Assembly: GCA_023251805.1 (NCBI GenBank) | Contig: JAHEYB010000002.1 | Span: forward strand, 35,038-99,037 | DNA from: Bacteroidota bacterium | GTDB taxonomy: Bacteria > Bacteroidota > Bacteroidia > 2-12-FULL-35-15 | Reading direction: 5' to 3' | Length of the DNA stretch: 64,000 nt | Shown: positions 1 to 7,846 of the stretch, piece by piece | Layout: each line of letters opens with the position of its first letter | Numbering within the stretch: the first letter of the stretch is position 1 | Notes under the pieces: model-generated | Seen by the model: only the letters and a program-made list of their open reading frames with translations | Databases searched by the model: none | What the model was told of the DNA's origin: nothing | Program-made: the position numbers and the translations under genes

Positions 1-1523
1 CCTGTTACTTTTTCAAAAGCCAAACGCAATTGATGAATTTCTCCCGACCCAAATTTATTTGTTTCTAAATATAATTTCAGAGAAGCAAAAAAAGCATCGT
101 CACCTACATACTTGCGCAGCATATGAAGCACCTGTCCACCTTTATTATAACTATGCCCATCAAACATATCTTCTCTATCGTTGAATTGAAACCGAATTAA
201 GTTGACTTGTTTTCTATCTGCCTCTGCAAAATATCCTTCACGGGATTCGGCACTGAGATGGTCGGCTGCATCCAGTCCATACTTATATTCTTTCCATAAA
301 TATTCTCCATAAGTAGCAAAGGATTCATTCAAAGGCAAGTTGCTCCACGATTCGCAAGTGACTAAATCGCCAAACCATTGATGAAACAATTCGTGAGAAA
401 TATAATCTTCATAATCTTTGTCCAACAATTCTCGATCTGTTCTTTGTAAATATTCGCTGTGCAATGTTGCAGTTGTATTTTCCATTGCTCCCGAAACATA
501 ATCTCTTGCTACAATTTGTGAATATTTATTCCAAACATATTCTACCCCTAATTTGTTTGAAAAGAACTCCATCATTTCGGGAGTATTTCCAAAAATGGAT
601 CGGGCATAGGGCTCATACTCTTTTTCCACATAATAGCTTACTTCCTTTCCTCTCCATTTATCTTTCACAATTGCAAAATCGCCAACCGCCATCATTGCCA
701 AATAAGTAGAATGAGGAAATTCCATTTTCCAATAATCGGTGCGGGTTCCATCTCCGTTATCAAAGGAAGAACACAATTCGCCATTTGAAAGTGTAACATA
801 TTTCTTATCAACGGTCATGTAAATCTCCTGAGTCATTTTTTCATTTGGATGATCAATGGTTGGCATCCAAACCGAATTAGATTGTGTTTCGCCTTGTGTC
901 CATATTTCCATCGGTTTGTTTTTATCTTTCCCATCCGGATTAATAAAATACAAGCCCTTATCATCATTGATTGCAAGGCTTCCACCACCCTTTTTTAATT
1001 CGTTTGGCTTAGAAACGTAATCAATAAAAATTTTATACTCTTCGTTATTTTTATATTCTTTATCTAATTGAATCGCAATAATGTCGTTTTCATATTTGTA
1101 TTGAAGCGGTTTTTTTGTTTGGGCAATTTCTACATCATCCTCTAAATGCCCTGCAGGATCTTTCTTTTTACCTTTTGTAACAACAACTGTTGTTTGTACC
1201 AACGATACCTCTTTAATTTCCATTCCACGTGCATCCAAAAACAAGGTGGACGTTGGATAGAAATACGGTTTTATAGTAATTGTTGCTTTCCCATACATGT
1301 ATTGTTTTGTCCAATCAAAACTCACATCTAGCTTTGTATGTAAGACATCGCTTAATTGTGTTTCCGAAGCTTGGTAAACGATTGGTTCGGGGCTGCTCAC
1401 TGTTTCGATGGTGTCAAGGTTCATCACAAGTGGCTCTTCCGTTTCTGTTGTTTTTTTAAACAGATTGCAGGAATTAAAAATCAGCGCAGTAAAAAATATA
1501 AGAGAGAGATTTTTGAAAAACAT
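1..1523 (-). CDS. M1-family zinc aminopeptidase (aminopeptidase N-like) lipoprotein; 3' end lies beyond the window start
   Basis: Minus-strand ORF opens at ATG about 1523 (MFFKNLSLIFFTALIFNSCNLF, lipobox-like signal) with no stop before position 1. Translation contains GAMEN and HELFHQWFGDLVTCESW...E (HEXXH-X18-E), the M1 signature. It is absent from the ORF track because it runs off the edge. Confidence 0.85.
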   Translation of the reverse strand, partial: MFFKNLSLIFFTALIFNSCNLFKKTTETEEPLVMNLDTIETVSSPEPIVYQASETQLSDVLHTKLDVSFDWTKQYMYGKATITIKPYFYPTSTLFLDARGMEIKEVSLVQTTVVVTKGKKKDPAGHLEDDVEIAQTKKPLQYKYENDIIAIQLDKEYKNNEEYKIFIDYVSKPNELKKGGGSLAINDDKGLYFINPDGKDKNKPMEIWTQGETQSNSVWMPTIDHPNEKMTQEIYMTVDKKYVTLSNGELCSSFDNGDGTRTDYWKMEFPHSTYLAMMAVGDFAIVKDKWRGKEVSYYVEKEYEPYARSIFGNTPEMMEFFSNKLGVEYVWNKYSQIVARDYVSGAMENTTATLHSEYLQRTDRELLDKDYEDYISHELFHQWFGDLVTCESWSNLPLNESFATYGEYLWKEYKYGLDAADHLSAESREGYFAEADRKQVNLIRFQFNDREDMFDGHSYNKGGQVLHMLRKYVGDDAFFASLKLYLETNKFGSGEIHQLRLAFEKVT

Positions 1524-1585
1524 ATAGTATTATTATTAAAAAGGACGGAGTAAATTTACGGAGAACAAATTGATTGGTTGAGATA

Positions 1586-1625
1586 AAAAAAGGAAAGCCT
1601 TGTTAAAACAAGGCTTTCCTTTTTG
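1586..1625 (-). terminator. rho-independent terminator downstream of the C10 peptidase gene
   Basis: GGAAAGCCTTGTT-aaa-ACAAGGCTTTCC perfect stem flanked by A/T runs, directly 3' of the stop at 1640. Confidence 0.5.
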
Positions 1626-1639
1626 ATTAGAAAATTTTA

Positions 1640-4300
1640 TTATCTAACAATTGTAATTTTTTTGGTAATTACATTAGAGCCATTTTGAATATTTACAAAA
1701 TACAATCCTGCATCTCTGTCTGTTAAATCCAGTTCAACAGTCCCTCGTGATGTTACTTTAATTTGTTCACTGATTACTTTTTCACCTAACATATTAAACA
1801 CCTCAATCACCATGTTCTCATTTTCAACTTGTCCGAATTGAATGTTAACAATGTTTCTAGAAGGAACAGGATAAACTGTAATTTGATCCAGTGTTTCAGC
1901 CGAAGCAACATCTGTTGCAGACAAAACTGAAGGATCCCATTTGTAAATACCATCTAAGGTTGAACTTTGGTTAAAGCTTCCAGCCCATCCTGTAACTCCA
2001 TCAAGGAAAGAAACTGACAAAAACTGAACGGAACCTGTATCCACATTCATCATACTAGTACAATCATCCATACTGTAAGAAGAACCATTGCTTGGGAAAG
2101 CAGCAACGTTATGCCATCTAGAAGTGGTTCCCGGAACGAATGTAATGATTGGACGTTTCACCAAATATCCTGTTGGTGCTAAAGTTGTCCAAGTAGTTCC
2201 GCCATTAATAGTTTTTTTGATGTCATAAGGAATGGTGTCACTAACAGCAATTCCGGTATTTGCATCTTTAAATTTCATATTGAAACTAGAAGGGAATCCT
2301 GTAGTGTTTACCGTCCATGTAAGTCCTTTATCAGTTGATTTATACATTCTGCCTTTGTTAGTAGCAAACCATACTGTATTTCCAAAAGTTGTATATAAAT
2401 TTACAATTCCTGCTTCACTAGCAAGGGAATTAGGTAGGGATCCGGTTGAAACCTGTGTCCAAGTGGTTCCACCATTTGAAGTTGTATAAATAACAAAATC
2501 ACTAGCTGTTGTTGCTGTTGGGTCACCCATACAAACACCATTGTTCGCGTCAAAGAAGTGCACAAAATCTGCCCAGCTATTTGTGAATGGTGCGGTTGAC
2601 TGAATGGCCCATGTTGCTCCTCCATCAGTTGTTTTTACAATTGCTCCACCTGTTCCTGTTAAAGGAAACATACAAGCATATGCAGTTAAATAATCTACTG
2701 CAAAAATATTGGAACAACCATAATTTGTAGAACCTGTGAAAGTAATTGTCCCCGGAGTCCAAGTTGTTCCAGCGTTGTTGGTTCTTGTAAATTCTCTGAT
2801 ATATCCTGATGGATTTGTTCCATCATAAGCTTTTGCCCAAACAGTATTCACATCCACAATATCAATTTCATCAATTCCTCTTGAAGAAGCAACGAAAGAA
2901 GAATTTTGTCTGATCCACACTGTTGCCGCTCCGCCCACTTTAATGTAACGCTCTTTGGTCTTAATGTCTGAACCATTAATATTTGTTGCAGTTAAAGAAA
3001 TTACGTGATAGCCATTTGTGGCAAAAGTTACTCCAGTAGGGTTTTGTAATGTTGATGTTGCAGGTGTTCCTCCTTCAAATGTCCATAACCAAGAAGTAGG
3101 AGAGTTAAGAGAATTGTCTGTAAAATCAACAGGTGCTCCAATTGCAGGAATTGTATTACTAGCTGTAAAATTAGCAATAGGAACGATTCCAGACAATGGA
3201 CGAATACGAATTGTTGCTTGTTCGCCTGAACTAAAATTATATGATCCAGGATTTAAAGCAGTTAAATAAAAGTAGCCATTATAAGATCCAGCCCAACCCC
3301 AGTTAATGTGAAAGTGGTTTACAGGAATATTATAACCATCGCAAACAAATTCATGTCCTGCTGCTCCAGTACCATCATTTCCTGCCAGTAAACAAGGACG
3401 ACCTTGATCCATTTCTGCTTTGATTAAAGCATCCCAAGCAGCATCTGTAGAAAAGCTTGCTTTGTTTTTTGCTTCTGCACTTGGCTGATAAGCAAAATAA
3501 TTAATTAAAGCCGGGGCTACTGCTGTATTATAAGCTCCTGAACCAGCCGGAGCATAATTCATATCAACAGATATTCCAGCATGAGACATTAACGTTGCAA
3601 CAGCCGTTTTTTGTGCCGCTGTTGACGCACCAGAATAACTATTAAGCATACTTGCCCATTGGTAAGTTGTTGCTCCAAAATTTGCAGTAAGCGGCCCAGC
3701 GTATGCTGATGTATATGTATGAGAACCAACTCCAGTAGTTGGGTAGTTCCATTTTTTCATAATTTGAGACATCCCCGTAGCAACACATCCTGTTGGTACT
3801 CCGGCAGGACATAAATTGTTATATGGAGTTGTTTGATCCCAAGTAGTTGCACACAATGGAGAAACTGCACTAGGGGATTTAGTAAACTGCTCATTTAAAA
3901 TTTGATTCCACTCTAAAATTGTTTCAGCATTTGACGAGTTTGCATCAATGTTCTTGCTAATTTCCACGCTGTATCGATCAAAAAATGCTTGCGCGTTTTC
4001 AGGAATATTGTATCTACTAAGGTTTCCTTCTACTGAATAACCTATGATTGGGTGAATCATATCATCAGCAGGAACCATCACAAATCCACCTGAATTAAAA
4101 ATAAAGGTGTAGAAGGTAGTAACTCCGTTATACTTTGTTTCAAATGAATCGCCAATAGTAATATCGGTCACTCCATTTAATTTATAATGATCGTACCATT
4201 TTGTTGCTACCGTTTTAGCAACATCCATTGGAACTGAGTTTGCGAAAATAATTGTTACTAAAAACAACATCGCAATAGTTGAGAATAACTTTTTAATCAT
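1640..4300 (-). CDS. secreted C10-family (streptopain/PrtT-like) cysteine peptidase fused to PKD domain, BNR/Asp-box beta-propeller and T9SS type-A C-terminal sorting domain
   Basis: The track ORF 1640..4414 was trimmed to the internal ATG at 4300 (MIKKLFSTIAMLFLVTIIFANS signal peptide). Catalytic Cys motif GCVATGMSQIMKKWNYP, catalytic His AGHEFVCDGY and the WGWAG Trp motif match the C10 fold. A PKD-like segment (FTDNS...WLWTFEGGTPATS) follows, then repeated TDGGATW/SNGGTTW/STDKGLTW/INGGTTW Asp-box motifs. The C-terminus (...GLYFVNIQNGSNVITKKITIVR) is typical of T9SS CTDs. Confidence 0.8.
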   Translation of the reverse strand: MIKKLFSTIAMLFLVTIIFANSVPMDVAKTVATKWYDHYKLNGVTDITIGDSFETKYNGVTTFYTFIFNSGGFVMVPADDMIHPIIGYSVEGNLSRYNIPENAQAFFDRYSVEISKNIDANSSNAETILEWNQILNEQFTKSPSAVSPLCATTWDQTTPYNNLCPAGVPTGCVATGMSQIMKKWNYPTTGVGSHTYTSAYAGPLTANFGATTYQWASMLNSYSGASTAAQKTAVATLMSHAGISVDMNYAPAGSGAYNTAVAPALINYFAYQPSAEAKNKASFSTDAAWDALIKAEMDQGRPCLLAGNDGTGAAGHEFVCDGYNIPVNHFHINWGWAGSYNGYFYLTALNPGSYNFSSGEQATIRIRPLSGIVPIANFTASNTIPAIGAPVDFTDNSLNSPTSWLWTFEGGTPATSTLQNPTGVTFATNGYHVISLTATNINGSDIKTKERYIKVGGAATVWIRQNSSFVASSRGIDEIDIVDVNTVWAKAYDGTNPSGYIREFTRTNNAGTTWTPGTITFTGSTNYGCSNIFAVDYLTAYACMFPLTGTGGAIVKTTDGGATWAIQSTAPFTNSWADFVHFFDANNGVCMGDPTATTASDFVIYTTSNGGTTWTQVSTGSLPNSLASEAGIVNLYTTFGNTVWFATNKGRMYKSTDKGLTWTVNTTGFPSSFNMKFKDANTGIAVSDTIPYDIKKTINGGTTWTTLAPTGYLVKRPIITFVPGTTSRWHNVAAFPSNGSSYSMDDCTSMMNVDTGSVQFLSVSFLDGVTGWAGSFNQSSTLDGIYKWDPSVLSATDVASAETLDQITVYPVPSRNIVNIQFGQVENENMVIEVFNMLGEKVISEQIKVTSRGTVELDLTDRDAGLYFVNIQNGSNVITKKITIVR

Positions 4301-4434
4301 GGGTCTAAATTTAAGTGTATAACAAACTTGCGTCAATTTTTTTAAAAAAGCAAATAAATCTCGAAAATGCTGTAACATTCCTTTTAGTCCAAAATTATTA
4401 CAACTGGATTTCAAAAAAACAATACATTTGCTTT

Positions 4435-4938
4435 ATGCTAAAAGTAAAAGTAAATAATCAAAAAGAGCACACGATTGAACTGGAGAACATTTCTGCTGGA
4501 ATCATTGATGGGAAAGCTTTTTCTTGGGATGTAATAGAGGTTAAAAATGGTAGTTTTCATGTTATAAAAGACAACCGTTCTTACAACGTAGAGGTGATAA
4601 AAGTGGATGTATCAGAAAAAAGCTTTTTGGTAAGTGTGAATGGCAACAAATACCAATTAAATGTTAAAGATAAATTTGACGAATTGTTGAAGAGCCTTGG
4701 GTTTGATGATTTAAATGCGAAAAAAGTAAACGAAATAAAAGCTCCAATGCCCGGATTGGTATTGGATGTGAGAGTTTCTGAAGGCGATACGGTTAAAAAA
4801 GGAGACGCAATTTTAGTTTTGGAAGCTATGAAAATGGAAAACATTATCAAATCTCCAACCGATGGAACGATTAAGAAAATCAATGTAAAGAAAGGTGTTG
4901 CAGTTGAAAAAAATCAGGTGCTTATTAACTTTGGATAG
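4435..4938 (+). CDS. biotin/lipoyl attachment domain protein (biotin carboxyl carrier-like)
   Basis: C-terminal EAMKMEN with flanking hydrophobic beta-strand pattern (PMPGLVLDVRVSEGDTVKKGDAILVLEAMKMENIIKSPTDGTIKKINVKKG). Start moved from track 4315 to the ATG at 4435 (MLKVKVNN); the 5' extension has poor coding character. Confidence 0.7.
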   Translation: MLKVKVNNQKEHTIELENISAGIIDGKAFSWDVIEVKNGSFHVIKDNRSYNVEVIKVDVSEKSFLVSVNGNKYQLNVKDKFDELLKSLGFDDLNAKKVNEIKAPMPGLVLDVRVSEGDTVKKGDAILVLEAMKMENIIKSPTDGTIKKINVKKGVAVEKNQVLINFG

Positions 4939-4952
4939 ATGTCTTCCCTTAC

Positions 4953-4998
4953 GCTTCGACTACGCTCAGCGTGACGTCATACTGAGCGTAGTCGAAGC
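4953..4998. repeat. REP-like palindromic hairpin element (family A)
   Basis: Perfect 16-17-bp inverted arms GCTTCGACTACGCTCAG / CTGAGCGTAGTCGAAGC around a 12-nt loop. The same arm sequence recurs at 9846-9970, and related cores recur at about 16463, 17948, 20798 and 25453. Confidence 0.6.
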
Positions 4999-5023
4999 AT
5001 AAGAGACTAAAAGCTACAAAAAA

Positions 5024-5788
5024 ATGGAAAACAATCGTAGAGATTTTATAAAAAAATCGGCATTAGCAATTGGTGCTATCGCTATTACTTCCTCTATTGG
5101 AAAAGCATTAACTAATTCAGAAAGTTTCGAAAAAGAAAACCCCTTATTGGACGGAGGAAAATATACACTCCCCGCTTTACCTTATGCATACGATGCCTTA
5201 GAGCCACACATTGACAAATTAACAATGGAAATTCATCACAGCAAACATCATCAAGCCTATGTCGACAATATGAACAAAGCCTTACAAGCGGCTGATGGAA
5301 ATGTATTGGGAAGTCCACAAACATTTGAAAACATTTTTGATAAGGTTGCAAAGCTTCAACCTGCGCTCCGCAATAATGCTGGCGGGCATTACAACCATTC
5401 AATGTTTTGGCAACTGATGCGCCCTGCAAAATCAGAAGGGAACTCCCCTGAAGGAAAATTAGCAGAAGCAATTAAAACCGAATTTGGTTCCTTTGAAGAA
5501 TTTAAAAAACAATTTGCAGAAGCTGGAATGAAACGATTTGGTTCTGGTTGGGTTTGGTTGGTAAAAACACCAGAGAAAAAATTTGTCATTACCTCAACCG
5601 CTAATCAAGATAACCCATTGATGAAGCTAGATTCCGTTGAAGTAAAAGGGGTGCCTGTATTAGCTTTAGATGTTTGGGAACATGCCTACTATTTAAAAAA
5701 TCAAAACAAACGTGCTGATTATATTGCTTCTTGGTGGAACGTGGTGAATTGGGAAATGGCGGAAAATTTATTCTCTCCTGTTAAATAG
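5024..5788 (+). CDS. sod: Fe/Mn-family superoxide dismutase with twin-arginine (Tat) signal peptide
   Basis: N-terminal RRDFIKKSALAIGAIAI Tat motif. SOD motifs LPYAYDALEPHIDKLTMEIHHSKHH, DVWEHAYYL and WNVVNW are present. Confidence 0.9.
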   Translation: MENNRRDFIKKSALAIGAIAITSSIGKALTNSESFEKENPLLDGGKYTLPALPYAYDALEPHIDKLTMEIHHSKHHQAYVDNMNKALQAADGNVLGSPQTFENIFDKVAKLQPALRNNAGGHYNHSMFWQLMRPAKSEGNSPEGKLAEAIKTEFGSFEEFKKQFAEAGMKRFGSGWVWLVKTPEKKFVITSTANQDNPLMKLDSVEVKGVPVLALDVWEHAYYLKNQNKRADYIASWWNVVNWEMAENLFSPVK

Positions 5789-5831
5789 TTTCAAATTTCA
5801 GATTGCAAAAACTTGAACCCTGAAATTTTTT

Positions 5832-6755
5832 TTACACCAATGCAATATCAAACTGCACCAAGTCCACAAACTCTTGAACGCGAGCGTCTACATCTTGACT
5901 TTTTAATCCGACTAAATTTTCGGTTCCAAATTTTTCTACACAAAATGATGCCGTTGCTGAACCAAAAATAATTGCACGTTTCATGTTTTCGAAAGAAATA
6001 TCTTTTGTTTCTGCTAAATATCCAATGAATCCTCCTGCAAAGCTATCCCCCGCGCCAGTAGGATCAAACACATCTTCTAAGGGTAATGCCGGAGCAAAAA
6101 ATACTTGTGTTTTATCAAACAACAATGCACCGTGTTCTCCTTTTTTAATAATTAAATATTTTGGTCCCATCGCCAAAATCTTTTGTGCTGCTTTTACTAA
6201 GGAATATTCCCCAGAAAGCTGACGCGCTTCACCATCATTGATTGCCAGCACATCTACCATTGCAATTGTTTCCACTAAATCATTCATGGCAATGTCCATC
6301 CAAAAGTTCATCGTATCCAAAACAATTAATTTCGGTCGGTTTTTTAATTGCAATATAACTTGTTGTTGAACTTTCGGAACTAAATTTCCCAGCATTAAAA
6401 ATTCACAATCCTGATAGGCATCCGGAACAACAGGATTAAACGTTTCAAGCACATTTAATTCAGTTGTAATTGTATCACGACTATTCATGTCGTTGTGATA
6501 TTTCCCTGCCCAAAAAAATGTTTTTTGATCTTTTATAATTTGTAGTCCATCGGTGTTGATGTGGTGCTTATGCAGCATTTGTATGTGCTCAGCCGGGAAA
6601 TCGCCACCAACAACAGAAACCAAATTTATTTTTTTTGTAAAATAAGATGCTGCAAGAGAAATGTAGGTAGCAGCGCCACCCAAAATTTTATCGGTTTTAC
6701 CAAAAGGGGTTTCAATTGCGTCAAATGCTACTGTTCCTACTACTAATAAGCTCAT
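5832..6755 (-). CDS. PfkB/ribokinase-family carbohydrate (or nucleoside) kinase
   Basis: N-terminus MSLLVVGTVAFD (start moved from 6785 to the ATG at 6755) and C-terminal DPTGAGDSFAGGF anion-hole/catalytic motif of the PfkB family. Confidence 0.8.
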   Translation of the reverse strand: MSLLVVGTVAFDAIETPFGKTDKILGGAATYISLAASYFTKKINLVSVVGGDFPAEHIQMLHKHHINTDGLQIIKDQKTFFWAGKYHNDMNSRDTITTELNVLETFNPVVPDAYQDCEFLMLGNLVPKVQQQVILQLKNRPKLIVLDTMNFWMDIAMNDLVETIAMVDVLAINDGEARQLSGEYSLVKAAQKILAMGPKYLIIKKGEHGALLFDKTQVFFAPALPLEDVFDPTGAGDSFAGGFIGYLAETKDISFENMKRAIIFGSATASFCVEKFGTENLVGLKSQDVDARVQEFVDLVQFDIALV

Positions 6756-6863
6756 AATATTGATTTTTGTAAATATTTCGGGCAAATATATTGCATAATT
6801 GCCTTGAACATACTAATATTGCACTCCTTTTTCGAAAAGGATATTAACCAGATACAAACAAAT

Positions 6864-6940
6864 TCCCTCTTAGCTCAGCTGGTTAGAGCATCTGACTGTT
6901 AATCAGAGGGTCGCTGGTTCAAGTCCAGCAGAGGGAGCCA
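6864..6940 (+). tRNA. tRNA-Asn (anticodon GTT)
   Basis: Cloverleaf reads acceptor TCCCTCT/AGAGGGA, D-arm GCTCAGCTGGTTAGAGC, anticodon stem-loop TCTGA-CTGTTAA-TCAGA (GTT), T-arm GCTGGTTCAAGTCCAGC, then encoded CCA. Confidence 0.9.
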
Positions 6941-6947
6941 AAGTAGA

Positions 6948-6980
6948 AGCCCTACAAACAAATGTTTGTGGGGCTTTTTA
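6948..6980. terminator. bidirectional rho-independent terminator (after tRNA-Asn, and after the convergent minus-strand gene)
   Basis: AGCCCTACAAACA-aa-TGTTTGTGGGGCT stem followed by TTTTT. Confidence 0.5.
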
Positions 6981-7002
6981 ATTTAATATTAAGTGTTACT
7001 AC

Positions 7003-7383
7003 TTACTTCCCTCCGTTTTTTACAATAAACCACCACAACGCTACATACACTGCTTCTGGTTTCGCTCCTCTGATAGAACTTGTAACATCGCTCATTTTTG
7101 CGATTGTACTTCCGCTTGAGTTATTGATATCGTTTCCAGAAATTTTAAGTACTGTGTTTCCACTTGCATTGCTAATTGTTTTTCCATCGCTATCTACTTT
7201 TCCAATTGTTGATCCACTTGCATTGCTAACAGTTCTTCCATCACTATCAATTTTCCCAACTGTTGATCCGCTAGAGTTGCTGATTGTTCTTCCATCGCTA
7301 TCCATTTTGTATTGTGCGGATGCAACACTTGAAATCGCAGTAAATACAAGTACTGCAACGATTGTTTTAATTGCTCTTTTCAT
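7003..7383 (-). CDS. small secreted protein with five tandem about 18-aa repeats (DSDGrTiSNaSGsTvGK)
   Basis: Signal peptide MKRAIKTIVAVLVFTAISSVASAQ (start at the ATG at 7383 rather than the track's 7410). Mature part is an array YKMDSDGRTISNSSGSTVGK / IDSDGRTVSNASGSTIGK / VDSDGKTISNASGNTVLK / ISGNDINNSSGSTIAK. Preferred over the antisense + strand ORF 6962..7432, which lacks a signal peptide and has hydrophobic low-complexity composition. Confidence 0.5.
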   Translation of the reverse strand: MKRAIKTIVAVLVFTAISSVASAQYKMDSDGRTISNSSGSTVGKIDSDGRTVSNASGSTIGKVDSDGKTISNASGNTVLKISGNDINNSSGSTIAKMSDVTSSIRGAKPEAVYVALWWFIVKNGGK

Positions 7384-7846
7384 GTTTGTTGTTTTAGTTT
7401 GTTTAATCAAATATAGTCTTTATCATTTGTAAAACAAGGCTCATTTTATTTTGAGTCTCTTTATTTAAGAATGCCAACAAGCTCATTAAAAACCATATAA
7501 AATCTTTTTAGTTTGAATTATTTTGTCTTTTAATTGCTGTTTAAACATTGTTTATTTACTTTAATAGCTGCCAAAACACTTGTTTATTAACATTTTGTTC
7601 AAAACAGTGGAAATTGTTAGTAAGACATTTTCTGCCAAAATTCATATTTATCAACTCTCCACATTTTATCAAAACAAATTTTCGAAAACAATAAAAACGG
7701 ATGTCTAATCACATTTAATTGTTTCCTCCTCTTTTTTCGAACACAATTACACAGCCTACATACAGCTACAATTATTATTTGTCGAATTTTTGAACCTTGT
7801 ATGCTTTATTATTTTGTAATTTTGTACGCGTTTATTTCGCACCCCT

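Noticed and set aside
4315-4434. 5' extensions proposed by the ORF track (also 4301-4414, 17145-17255, 25430-25474, 31879-31917, 55473-55493)
   Set aside because: In each case an internal ATG gives a canonical N-terminus (signal peptide or homologous start). The extension translates intergenic repeats or overlaps the neighbouring gene region.
6962-7432. + strand 156-aa ORF antisense to the secreted repeat protein
   Set aside because: Hydrophobic low-complexity translation of the complement of Ser/Gly/Asp repeats. The minus-strand ORF has a canonical signal peptide and a convergent terminator arrangement.
7430-7846. Possible c-di-AMP (ydaO) or other riboswitch upstream of kup
   Set aside because: I could not find the conserved ydaO core helices or ACGG/CCCG elements by eye. 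Kept only as a low-interest finding that needs a covariance-model scan.
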